From positions 186,001 through 250,000 of the forward strand of contig JAAOMT010000594.1 of NCBI GenBank assembly GCA_016748015.1: 64,000 nucleotides of DNA, given 5' to 3'. This DNA is from Geosiphon pyriformis uo1 (Eukaryota; Fungi; Glomeromycota). The translations under genes were made by a program, and so were the position numbers. Positions 1-12,611 of the stretch are shown in pieces. The notes under the pieces are model-generated. The model did no database searches and was not told the DNA's origin. It saw nothing but the letters and a program-made list of their open reading frames with translations. Each line of letters begins with the position of its first letter. The stretch's first letter is position 1.

Positions 1-39
1 TTGGAAAAAATATTAAATTAAAGCATATTTTTATTATAG

Positions 40-1447
40 AAATGACACTTTCATGTCAGGAATATCTTCATTAAACATAGAAAATGAAGATACCAACACG
101 TCAACACCCTTGTCAGATGTAAGTTTACATAATGCTCTCCATATCTTTTAGCCTTAAGAAAATTGAAGGAACAACTTGAACTAGGCTAATACTCAATAAT
201 CACTGCAACTACCTATTTGTTGGTTTATGGTGATACAATCAAACCGCACGAACTAGATGGAATTCTTAGAGCAGGAAAGAGACAATGACACCAGATTTCG
301 TCAAATACTACTAGTAATAGATGAAATGATTCGTGATGGTAAAACAGCCATTGAATATACTCCCAAAATTAATGGTAGTCGAGTATTGAATAGTATTCAA
401 TTAGGTAAATATTCATATAGTTTTATAATTTTTTGCTCAGTCTTATTTAATTTTTAATTTTTCCTAATAATAACCCTAGAAGAACCTCCAATACCAAAAG
501 GGATATATCCCGAGATCATGGACTGTCCTTATAACAATATTGAGAGTGTTTCTCAAAATGGGCTTGACTCGGATGAAGAATTGGATATTTTCAAACTATC
601 CGCAAATCAAAACGGATCAATACAAATAAGAGACAATTTATTATCGAAAAAGGAGAAGACTAAAAGTTCAAATGGTGAAATGATTACCCTATCCAATCAA
701 TCAAGATCTTCGGAAAAAGAGGAGGCAAATCTGGAATCATTAGACACAAATCATCTCAGTAAGCTGAAACATGAAAGTGCTAGTGAAGCACTATGCCTCA
801 ATGAAGAAAGGGTTCGAGCTGTAATTGATGAACTTTTGGTATTTGCTAAACAAAGCAATGCCAATATAATTTATGAGTTTCCAACAACACCGTCAGTTTC
901 TGAAAGGAAAGGATTAGGATTGCTGTTGCCAATTCAAGAAGGGCCTTCATCATATACAGCTTCGGGGAGTATTATTATGGGAGAGGAGGAGGAAGAGGAG
1001 GAGGAAGAATATGCAACAAAATCATCACCTACTATAAAACTTTTATATGAACTCAAAGAATTACTCTTTGGGAATGTTCACCGTTCAATAAACTTGAGAA
1101 AATACAAGAGGATTTTACCAATGGTGGCCTCTAGCCGTATAGACTTGCAAGTTGTTTCACCAGATGGCAAAAAAGAAATCTTAGATGGAAATTTTCAATC
1201 TGCTGGAATTTCTGTACGGAACCATCGTCTATCTCCAAAAGGTCGAATTATACGTCGGCAATCTTCTCCCAATTTTCGAACTCTTGTACAACCCACACAC
1301 ACATCAAGTCACTCTGAGGGCAAAATCAATTTAGCCGATGATGGATATAAGAGCAAAATTACCAATGTTAAAGAAACCCCTGAAATAGCCAACCCCTCTT
1401 GGGTATCCTCTTTGGGTTTTCTGTCGCCTTGGAAGATCTCCCAATAA
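40..1447 (+). CDS. Hypothetical protein, 5'-partial (exons 40-118, 257-404, 480-1447)
   Basis: GT-AG introns 119-256 and 405-479 join ORFs 257.. and 518..1447 in frame. Low-complexity, acidic (poly-E) product with no recognised domain. Confidence 0.65.
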
Positions 1448-1822
1448 CTCTATTACTCTGATGGCTGCCATTTGATTTTCCGAGCCTTTGAACTCAATTT
1501 GCTGCTGAGTTTACCACTAATTATTCCTTGTGGGTTAAGCTTAAATTATGGATGGATAAACGGACAATATTGTGATTGCAAAATTTGTTTTTAACAGGCT
1601 AGGATACTCTTGATCGATAATAAATATTTTTGTTTTCAATACTTTTTGTTCATAATACAACGCGCTAAAATGTAGTCATAAAACCTAATTTTAATTCAAC
1701 AAGTCAATTTTTTTTCTAGCTGAGCTTTTAAATCAGATTTTATAATGTGTTTGAAAGTGACCTATCAGATAGCAGAATCACAATAAATTATCACTGGTCT
1801 TAAAAAAAAGACTCAAGACAAA

Positions 1823-4800
1823 ATGAACACTTTTCCTCGAAGAAGTGCTCGTGTTAAAGCATCAGCAGAAAAGCAAAAATTGCTAAGCCAAAGTAACAGT
1901 TCTGAAAAAATTTCTCCAAAAATAAGAAGTGAGCGAAGCGCTATCAAATCAACAGAAAGCAAGAAACTCTCTAATTCAACTCTTCATCTTGCTATAGCTT
2001 CGACTTTTCAAATCACCAACGCTGACACTGATTCAAATAACGAAAACTTTGACGCCACCTCTGTTCATCCCGTGGAAGTTGTACAAAGCGATGCCTTACC
2101 ACCCACTTCATCTGCCTCTACTACACCATTGCATCAATCAGCTGTTACAATAGTAGATATCAATAAAGATTTCATTCGAGATTCATTGATTGAGCGATAT
2201 CAACAAGGGGATGATGTTAATATGCTTGTTAATTGTGACAGTCAAACCAATATTCAAGTCTCAGCAACAGAAACCCTAGATTTTCCACCCTGTTTTCTCA
2301 TGCTTTGTAAGGAATTAGAATCCCCCTTATCTCCTTCTCTTCCAACTCTTTCACAACTAAACATTGGCCGTTTGGATGATAGCGAAGAAATGGACATGGA
2401 AAATGAAGAAGCTAATGATTATCTCAATGAATCTCTAGATCATGGCAATTCTTCAGGCTCCACATTCAAGTAAGCAGAATTAGACTAAACTTTACGGCTC
2501 TTTTTTAATTTTGCTCTTATCTTTCTTTTTAACCTTAGGCAGCAATATCCTAATGACATAAAACCTCTGACCGACCATTCATTGTTCTTTACGGAAGAAG
2601 CATTTTCCAGATATAGTGTAGCCACGCCTGAGAGATTATACAAAGAGAATGTACGAGCTCTGATCGAAAGAAAACAAAAAAAAATTCTTGGCCAAGATTT
2701 TATCGATACCCAATTAAAGTCCCCCTCCTTGCCGTTATCCAAATTCCAAGGTCCAGCAAAGGAAGATGTATCAAATTCCCTGCATGTGCCTTCTGAAAAA
2801 TCTCATAAAATTGAGAAAACGAATATTGAAATATCCATGAGCAACCCGCAATTTCTTCCACATCCAACCCCACAAAAAACTATCGAATCTGATGATGATG
2901 GTACGTCTAATATTTTGTCGTTATCAATTCTGTTTGACGCTTTTTATATTTAATCGCGTCTAATGAATTATAGGTTTAATTATGGATGATGATATCGAGG
3001 AAGCCCCACAAAATCAAAACTTGACCAAATCTCTCCCCGAAAAGAATTTGACGATACCAAAAATTATTCAGGTACAAGCCAAGAACAGCACAGGGAATGT
3101 CCGCACGACAATTTTGGAGGCTCACCCTTTTATAGATAAAAATATTAGCTCAACATCACGTCATCAAATTGAACCCACGGAATTTTCCCCTAAGCCAATA
3201 CACAAAACACAAATAACTGAACAAGAAAGAGATATGATAATTGAGACATCAAATAAACCAAAAGTTGCCCAAATATTCGAAAATTCTCTGAGTAATTCAT
3301 CTTTAGCCGCGCAATCTAACCCAATCACCCCTCAAATCTCCAAAGAAACCCAAAACAATTCATCCTCAACTGGATCCACTGAAGATCTACTTGGACCCCT
3401 TTTAGATATGCTCGATGCTCGCAAGAAGGAATTAGCTAGCCTTCCTGCTAATAACTCCAACGAATCCTTAAATAGTAATCTTTCTCTTCCCGTTCCTCGA
3501 GATATTTTAACCGCATCTGCTTCTTTGAAACAATCTCACGGAGGGCTCTTAAACGTGGAATCCCAATCTTCAAACTTGATCCCATATTCTTCTTTAACAA
3601 AAGAAGACCACAAGGAATTTTTACAGATGAGTTTACTTGTTAATCAAAGCGTATGTCTATTTCCTTGAAACCTATGAATTACAGTACCCAAATATATTAT
3701 CAAGCTTCAACATATCAATTACATTTAGCCCCACCTTGTTGATGAACAAGAACTTTTGCGCTATAAGAATTTGAGTCTACGGTTACAAGAGGAAACTCAA
3801 AAATACATTCAATGGACATATGAGAGGGGAAAAGGTCGATTTCAATACCTTAATAATCAAATCAAGAAAACTATCATAGTAAGCTTCCATGATCTCTTAT
3901 AGCTCTAGAGTATTCAGCTTCTCACATGAACGATTACACTAACAGGATCGCTGTTCTATTAAAAGAATGTGGGCAAGAAATCAATATCCTGTGAGTAGCA
4001 TGAATTTTTTGGGTCATGGTTTTATAGCAACTTTTCTTCAATTTCCTAACTAATATTAATTTTAACTTAAGCGGTATTATGAGGTAATTTTTACTATCAA
4101 CATCTCTTTGGCTGCCCCCGGTCCAGGGGAACCTATCTTGAAGTACAAGGAATTGGTTCATCGAATAGTAAGTACGATTTTATCCCTTTTTCACATTTCG
4201 GGCTACCAAATTCAGAGAACCTTATTTTCTATTTTGAATCAGGGAACATGTTATGAATTTTTCATTCCAGAGATGACAAAACCATTGCATTTAAATCTTG
4301 ATCGAAATTATTGGACAAAAATCATCGTCCCAACATTAGCATCTTCGACTGATCAAGATCAAAAAAAAAATGGATCAACTTCAAAAAGCAATCAGCTTTT
4401 AGATGAGGAAAATAATACCTCCATGGCATTTCTATCCCCAAATTCGAATATCGTAGAAAGTTCTACACCGTTCGACGATGGTCACTGGCAAAAAACTGTT
4501 GGTCGATTTCATTTGATTTTCTTTAGCCTCGAGTCTTTACTCATTTTTTTTGGCCTTATAGTCGATGCCTGTTGTTAGTAACGATCCTTTGATTCCCAAA
4601 ATAATTGCCGACCGTAATGTTGATATTGTCATTTCATCAAGTGGACTATGTACATTAGTTGGCCTTCATGCATCATCGGATGTCGAATTTGAGATGCCTG
4701 TTGTAGTTCGGGAGCATATCGATGGTATTATTTTACTAAATCTTTATTCCAAAAATAATATTGAAAGATAAGATAAACTTTCTTTCTTTACACTAGGGGA

Positions 4801-6535
4801 CGGATCTCTTCACAAGACGGTATATATTGATAAACCTCTAGTCAATCATCATCTTAGCCCTAGGGAGTACAATCAACATTTTTACGACGTTGCATTTAAA
4901 AGCGTTGCTTCAAATCTACCAGTTAATATTGAAGATATTGTTAAGTTGGCTTCAAGTAAATTAAAAGACTCGCAAGGTCAGCATTCAGTTTCACAGCACA
5001 AGCAAAAAAATTTTCTGAAAATTCTATATATATTAGGAAAATCTGACCAAAATCTTTATAAAGGTCAACTTCTATCACCTACCTCACAAACGCCTATTGC
5101 CACTGAAGCGCCAAATATTTTAGAACCACTCCGGCCCATTCTGTTCGAAGCCAGAGAATCTCTTGATATCAATACCAAAAGTAATTTACATGGAAGAACT
5201 CCGGAAAAAGGCCTGGCAGAAAACCTGAAATCCTCGATGCAAGATAAATCACCTGAAAACTTCAAGGAAACCATTGAAAAAGATGGCGAGTACGGATTAT
5301 CAAACTTACAAATGAAATCCGGAAACTTAATATATACCCTATGGAGTTTTGGGGATTTATCACTCTTAATCAGGTGTAAGGCTCATGGCTTCATTTATGA
5401 CCGTGATGGCAAGCATCCTAAAGTAAGTGTTTGAAAATTATTCAGAATTATATACATTGAAAATATTTTCGTTTTGACAATTAAATTGCTTCTATTTTTC
5501 GCTGTCAGCCTCGAATCGTTGGCATGAAAACTAAATTGGAATATCAGCGGGACATAGGCGTGGAAGAGATTACAAACGTCGAACGAGCACGCTGGTGGAT
5601 TCATACTTTTATTCGTGGCGATGCTTATTTATTGCTTGGCCGAATTGATGTGCTAAACAACGAATTATTCGGGGTCGAACAGAGACCAATGACGCAAATA
5701 ATTCCCAATAAAGACTGGCAAGTTTTTCAAGTTTAGATTCTATCGAATACCATAACTTTGAAGTGAATATCTTTTCTCTTTTCACCCACTATTTTTGAAT
5801 CCTTAGGCCCAAACCTCATAGTAAATTAGTTCAAAATGTTTTGAAGAGATTGCATTCAAGGTTCGTAGTCTGTAATATAACTAAACTATTCTATATACGA
5901 TATAACTTACCGGACCCTTATTACCTCAGCTTGCCTCCAGGAAATTATCTTTTATCCCATAAGAAAAAAGATTTACACATATCGGTCCTCAAGAATGTGG
6001 CAGCCGAAAAAGTTCAGAGCAATTTGACATCTATGGATCTTTATGATCTTCACGCTGCTTATTCGCAAGTCTCTGAAATAGATTTTGACACTGTCCCATT
6101 TGTCCAATTGAAATGGGAGGGTCCAGTCGAACAAGTTCCCCATACTTTCCCTCCACGCCCTCTGTTCTGTTATTCTTTCTCAGATAAAGGATATTGCCTT
6201 AAATCATCTGTAAGAAAATTTAAAATCGTTTACATATTGTTAAAACAACCTCATATATCAGCTCTTCTTATGCCCAAAAGTGCCCATATCCTCATATTCC
6301 TCGAGCTAATTTGAACAACACAAATGCAGAAATCAAATCCAAAACTAAAGCCAAGAAATCTGCCAAGAAGAAAAAGCGCAAGCTTTCAGCCGAGGAAGCA
6401 AGAAATACAACCCCATTTAAACGAGATGTATCCAAAGATTTTGATTCTGAAATAATGGTCTCAAATATTGACTTGCAATCTCGACCAAATTTTTCTACAC
6501 TCTTACAACAATATCAACAGTCACGTAGCCAATGA
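1823..6535 (+). CDS. ICE2/NARG2-like protein (little elongation complex subunit 2 C-terminal domain) with C-terminal CCCH finger; multi-exon
   Basis: Chain of + ORFs separated by short introns. Motifs VDIVISSSGLCTL..FEMPVVVRE..VYIDKPL, NLIYTLWSFGDLSLLIRC, KLEYQRDIGVEEIT..RWW..LGRIDV and LPPGNYLLSH follow the order I recall for the metazoan NARG2_C domain. Splicing out 6210-6280 gives CYSFSDKGYC-LKSS-CPYPH. Confidence 0.75.
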
Positions 6536-6979
6536 CTTTTGCGATACTTTATATAAAATATCATGGATAAATTCCAGCTTAGAGAATGGCTATACTATCT
6601 TTCGGATACAGGTATCTTACTAATTTGCGATGTCGTTCAGCCAAACCAAGCCACTTATGCATTCATCCTTATATTCGCGCTGTATTTGATCTCTCAATGT
6701 AAAGCGTCAACTCTAAAAGGACCTTGGTTGTGAGCCAATACGAAATAAGAGCCATTTTCTAAGGATTCCACAGTACTGTATGAGCAAATGGCCATTTGTC
6801 AATGGACAATGCTCTAAAAACGACCAACAAAAGTCGGTTTTCAATAGCAGGATCTCGGATCAAGTTGGCCTGAAAAGAAATAAATCGAGTCTGGGCTTGA
6901 AGATATTCGATTTAGGACTCGATGTTAATGGCAGTAGATTATTATTAACTAGTGTTCCAAATTCTGATGCCAATATATA

Positions 6980-8246
6980 ATAAAATCTATATAGCCAAAA
7001 AGGATAATAATATATTAAAATAAAACTTGATAAATAAAATATATTTGAATCATTTGTAAATTTTTTAAATTTCTTATTATTTAACTTAACATACATTATT
7101 GTTTTACAATTAGCATTAATTACTTAATTTATTAATTATTTAGAATATTTATAATTTTTACTTTATTAACAATCTAATTTGTAAAATACACAAATATAAT
7201 TAGTATTATAATTAGATTGTGCAATATATTAATTTACTTAATATAAAAAGTTGTTAAAATTAACTTGATTTTTTTATTTTAAAATTGCAAATATTAAAAA
7301 TATATTTAAACTTTAAAATAACTTAATAAATAAAGTTTTTATATAATATATTTTTATTTCTTTATTTAATAAGTATAATTTAATAATTACTTATTATAAA
7401 AAACTTACTAAAAAATTCTAAAATAAATACAGCTTATGCTTTTTTTATATATAACTAATTATTTAAGCTAATTAAAACAATACTATATAATTATAATCAT
7501 TGAAAACATCAAAAAATTTATAAATTTTTTTAAAAAATAACTGCAAATTAGTAATATAATTAAAATTAATATAATATTTTTAATAAAACTTTTATTATAA
7601 TTTAAATTATTAAAACTAATATAATATTTTTAATAAAACTTTTATTATAATTTAAATTATTAAACTAAGTACAAAAAAACCAATCATATTAATTATAATT
7701 AATTTATTATTAAAAATTTAGATTTAATAACCAAAAATTTAACTTAAAATATATAATAAAGTCTTAAACTAAATTTATTACATGTAAATTAATTTTAATA
7801 ATATTATTAAAAACCAAAAACCAATTTTTAAAAACAAAATTCTTGATCAAAGTTATGTAAAAAAAACTATCAGTTGTTTTAAATAATAATAAAAATAAAA
7901 AAATTACAGCTTTTTTTTTTGTTCTGATTATAATCATGAAATAAAAATAATAATAAATAATTTAACAAAATAAATAATATTATAATTCAAAATTTAACAA
8001 AAATTACAAATAGTATAAAAAATCAATTAATTATAAAACAACTTAATAATAATCTTAAAAAAATAATAATTTAATAATAGCAATGCAAATAATATTAATT
8101 AGCAAATATTATAATATATTAGCAATTAGTATTATTTAAAAATATCAAAAATAAAATATTATAATATATTATCTTGTAAAATTATAAACATATATAAATA
8201 TAATAGTTTTAATATTAAAAAACAGTTTTTAATTTAGTTATAATTT

Positions 8247-8283
<37 letters not shown>

Positions 8284-8650
8284 TAAAATAAAACTTTAAG
8301 TAATTAAAAAAATAAAAAAATAAAATTTATTATTACAAATTTATTACAAAACTTATTTATAATTTTTTTTAAATAAAACTATTATTTATAAGCTAAATTT
8401 ATTAAAAAAATAATTTTTAATTAAAATTACTTATATTATTATTAATTAATAAAAAGTTTTATTGTTTTATTTAAAAAAAGTGCTTAAAATTATTAATATT
8501 TTATGTTTTTAAATTGAAAAACACTTTAAACAATTACAAAAATAGTTATAAAAAAATTTTAACAATAAATAAAGTTTAAATTAACTTTTAAAAAAAAGTA
8601 TATTATATATAATAACAAAAAATAAAAAAAAATTTATTATAATTTTAACA
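6980..8650. repeat. Extremely AT-rich decayed repeat relic, including a ~51-bp tandem duplication near 7565-7665
   Basis: Almost no G/C and no credible ORFs; abrupt boundary with genic DNA near 6980. Confidence 0.7.
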
Positions 8651-8659
8651 ATATAATAT

Positions 8660-9310
8660 ATCAGACCATGTCTTTTTTTGTTTTTCTAACACTGATAATC
8701 ACACCAGTTTGTTGGACACTTATGCAGCTGCTTGAGAAGTGTATTCTGGTCTGTTTCGCTCTTTTTCGTGTGTATTGCAGTTGTTGTCGACTTGCTTTTC
8801 AGATATGACTGTTAGTACAGCTCTATATAAGAGCTTTGTTTTTGGTGATTGGTATCACAAGTCTGTGTCTGTTTACAAGGATCCTAAGGTAGCAGTGGTA
8901 AATGTTGTGAATTTTGTACGTGAGTTTTGTCTTGCATTTTATGATGATATCTGGCTGGTCCATGTAAAACACCGGGCCATTATGGAGAAAAATAAGCTGA
9001 TTCCACGTGATGATTCTATTCCTGTCGCTGTTTCTGGTTTTTCTACACGGCTTTTGGCTGGGGTGATTAGGTTGTTGGGTGTTGCTAATGCACTTGGCAT
9101 CAGTTTTGGGTATTGTGAGCATTGTTTGTTTTATGCAAGTGTTGGTGATATGGCTTCTATTCATATAAATACATAGTGTTGTTCTGACTAGTCTGAGTGT
9201 CTGGTCACATGTAGTGAAGGCACAATTCGCACTTAGTTTAGATCATTTGTATGATGTATAGCACTAGGTGGCGTTTGGATTTCACTCATTAAACTTTAAT
9301 AAAAAAAAAT
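8660..9310 (+). mobile_element. 5'-truncated non-LTR (LINE) 3' end with poly(A)
   Basis: DHVFFC (end of a zinc-binding motif) leads into ORF 8739..9176, then a short 3' UTR and AATAAAAAAAAA at about 9298-9309. Resembles the LINE tail at 23605-24150. Confidence 0.6.
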
Positions 9311-9539
9311 AATAATATAATTAGCAGTTGGGCTTCACTTGTTAAATCTTTAATAATAAAAAAATATATAACTAAAAATAATAAATTTATAAAAAATTAA
9401 TTATAGTTTAAATTAAAATTATTAATATTAAATATACCAAAAAAACAAATAGTAATTTATATAGATAGATCAATTAAGAATTTAGAGTCTATAAATATTT
9501 ATGGTAATATTACTGCTTATTTTTTGAATATTAAAATAA

Positions 9540-10245
9540 GTTTAAAGTTAGAGTATATGACTTATTTTCTTCAACTTTTGTGAAACTGTAGACTATTGCT
9601 CTTGTTTTGGATTGTGTTTTTGTGTTTAATTTAGTGGTGTTGTTTATGAATAGTCAAGTATCATTGAATATATATGCTTTAATTACAAAAAATATCAAAC
9701 CAGACTTTTACAATAAATATTGAATAGAAAGAGAGTATATTCATCAAATTATTATGTTGAATAATTTGTTAATCAACTAAAACAAGATTAAAAATCATTT
9801 TGGAGTTGTTAGCAATAAACATGCAGATTTTTTTGCCAATACTATTACCATGTTCAATTTCACACTGTCTATTAAGATATTATACTGTTTTTTTACAGTA
9901 AAAAGCAAATCTGTTTTTGAAAATATTTATTATTTTGTTAAGAATTTGTTTAAAACCATCAGTTTTGTTAATTAGAAATTCAAGTATACAGATAATATTG
10001 TGGATAGATTTTTTTGCGACTTTTTTGATGTGTATTAGACTTTTAGTGTATGGCACCCTAATAGTTAAGTTTGGTCTGATTTTACAAGCTTTGCTTTTAT
10101 AATACTGTATTCCCATTTTATAAAGATCTTATACTGCTAATTGTCTATAGCCAAAAAAAAAAATTATACAATCAAAATTATTTTAATGTATTGTGTATTC
10201 AGTATAGACTAATAAAAGATTCAGACAATATATTCTTATGTACAT
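9540..10245 (+). mobile_element. Decayed LINE fragment (RNase H and zf-RVT region), left part
   Basis: Degenerate KIKNHFGVVSNKHADFFAN (RNase H KVKGHSG..GNE.AD motif) and KKLYNQNY..VLCIQ..DSDNIFLC. Interrupted by an LTR at 10246. Confidence 0.6.
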
Positions 10246-10916
10246 TATTACTTATAAAAAAGTACAAGAAAAAAAGTAGATAAGACAAATAGAAAAATAG
10301 ATCAATAGAAAAATAAAACTTAACAAGTGAGCACAATATTAAAAAATTATAATACTTTGCTCAACAATAAGCATATTGTCAATAAATTATGATATACTAT
10401 TCAACAATAAGCATATTGTCAAAAAATTATGACATATTGCTTAGCAATGAGCATATTGTTAAAAAAAATAGGACATATTGTTTAAAAAAATGTGAGATCT
10501 TATATAACAAAAATTATGTATATATAGTAAGAGTGTTAAAAGCAAAAAAACAGAATTGATTGAGAGAAATCAGTTAAAATCATTAATTATCCAATATTTT
10601 TCCCTTTAAAAAATAGTTTTCTACAACTTGAAATAAAATCAAATCACATACCAATAAAATATTAATTATTACCTAAATCTATGTTATCATTATTTAATTA
10701 AGAAATATTAATCAATTTTACACTATCAATATAGAGTATTGATAAAATCCAAGACTTAATCACACTGGACCAATAGCTCTTAATCATGACTATTAACAAA
10801 ATACTAATTTTTTATTTTTTTTCTTATTTTTTTTATTTTTTTTATTTGTTTCTTTGTTATTACTAATTAATTAAAGAAATTAAAACACTAAGTATTTGAT
10901 ATTAAAAATAGCCTAA
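10246..10916 (+). mobile_element. Old family-1-like LTR, left part (resumes at 23344-23604)
   Basis: Starts TATTACTTATA (decayed TGTTACTCATA). Carries ~39-bp tandem repeats at 10327-10490, a TATATATAG box, and a block similar to 21020-21200. Confidence 0.6.
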
Positions 10917-11677
10917 TGTTATAAGAGTGTTTTTTTAGTATATTTTAATTGTTGATATTCTGTTTTAATTGCAATCAGTCTCTTGTAAGTTCCTTGATTT
11001 TATGTGTTGGATATTAATGATAATATACTGAAGGTTTTTTCTTGATATTGTGATGTAAGTCTTCTCTTTAATTCTAGTTGTTTTTGTATATTGTGTACTC
11101 CTTTCCAGAGACTAATCTGAAATCTACCCACTGTTTGGGGTCTTTTCTGAGACTATCTTTGCAATTGTCTAATGTGTTTTTCTAATCTAGAAACACGGAA
11201 TATTATTGGTCTTTTCGCAATTTTCTTAAGTATATAATAAAGCTTTTTCAATTTAATTAGTAACCATGTGAATAATTTTGATCAGAGATTATTCTTCCAA
11301 AGAGTTTAAAGATGAAATAATAGTTTTATTTGCTAGAAAAGGTATGTGAATTCTATTGTTAATCTCATAATTGTAATGTTAATTCAATTTATTATTTTTA
11401 TTAATTCTTTTTTTGAATAAGATTTTATTTAGATATTTGTTGCTTTTAATTGAAGCTGTTTTTTTCTTCATCATTAAAAACTATTGTATATATATATAAT
11501 TATTTTTTTACAAAATAATGTTTTATAATACTCTATTTCCATTATTTTTAAATAATGCTTACTGCTTTTGCACAATAGTGCTTGCTGCTATTATGGTTAA
11601 AACTTATATTTCTTATTAATTATCACATGTATTAGCCACTGATGTCATATAAATTAGCCACTCTATTTTTAGAAAGT

Positions 11678-11748
11678 GATCATTGACCTGATCATTGACC
11701 TGATCATTGATCTGATTATTGATCTAGTCGTTGACCTAATTATTGACT
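11678..11748. repeat. 12-bp tandem repeat (GATCATTGACCT), about 6 degenerate copies
   Basis: Directly visible in the sequence. Confidence 0.85.
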
Positions 11749-11763
11749 ACTTTTGATAGCTAT

Positions 11764-12611
11764 TGTTACAATGAATTATTTGGGGTCTCGAATCAAATAA
11801 CAAACTTGTAACTTGGTGCTCAAAAGCTATTTCCGTTGATGATGTTCTGAAAGTGTTGTATCTGAAGGTTTTGATGGAGTCTTTTGTATAATGGACAGAG
11901 ATTCAATAGTTGTTTTATCCGTAGCTTCTCAGACTCACAAGTCTGTCAATTCTTTTCTCAGCTTGGTGGTCAGCAATCTTCTGGTAAGTAATCCGTATCT
12001 TCTGTACATGTCCTACCCTCTTACAGGAGTCTTTTACCAGGCAATCCTTGACATTAGTAATCAGCACTTTCAATCAATTGGTTAGTGCACAATAACAAAA
12101 TTACAGAAAATAAAGAAAATAAAGAAATCTAAAGAAATAAGCCAAGGCAATTTGCAGATTAGTATCCTGTCAATAGCCATAATCAAGAGCTATTGTTCTA
12201 GTGTGGTTAAGTATTAATTTCTATCAACATAAAGTGTTAATAGTGAAGAATGGATTGAGATATGAAATAATTATTTATTTGATGATTGTGTTTTTAGGCT
12301 AAAAATTCTGTGGTATCAATTCTGTCTTTTCTGTTTCTAACACTACTGCTATATATACATATTTGAGATTCCTCAATTCTTCAATTCCTTGCAACAGGAA
12401 TCCTGGAATTCCTGAAATCCTGTGATTCCTAATGAGAAAAATCCTGGAATTCTGGAATCCTGCAATTTTTTGTCGGAAAATTCTGAAATTTCTGGAATCC
12501 TGCAATTCTTTTAAGAGAAATCCTGGAATTCCACATTTATTATGTCTACCTCTGATTGGCTAATATCTACTGACTAATAATACTATATTTTTCTATATTC
12601 TATGAGTAACA
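11764..12611 (-). repeat. LTR-A of element 1 (minus orientation)
   Basis: Direct repeat of 21888-22696 and inverted repeat of 20669-21514. Contains ~39-bp GGAATTCC/GGAATCCTGC-rich U3 repeats. Confidence 0.9.

Noticed and set aside
11891-12085. MDRDSIVVLS.. ORF recurring three times (also 21184..21387 and 22015..22197)
   Set aside because: Antisense frame inside LTR copies; recurrence follows from the repeat, and the C-termini are frameshifted.
10327-12530. Periodic repeats as a CRISPR-like array
   Set aside because: Head-to-tail units without unique spacers, inside eukaryotic LTRs, with no cas genes.
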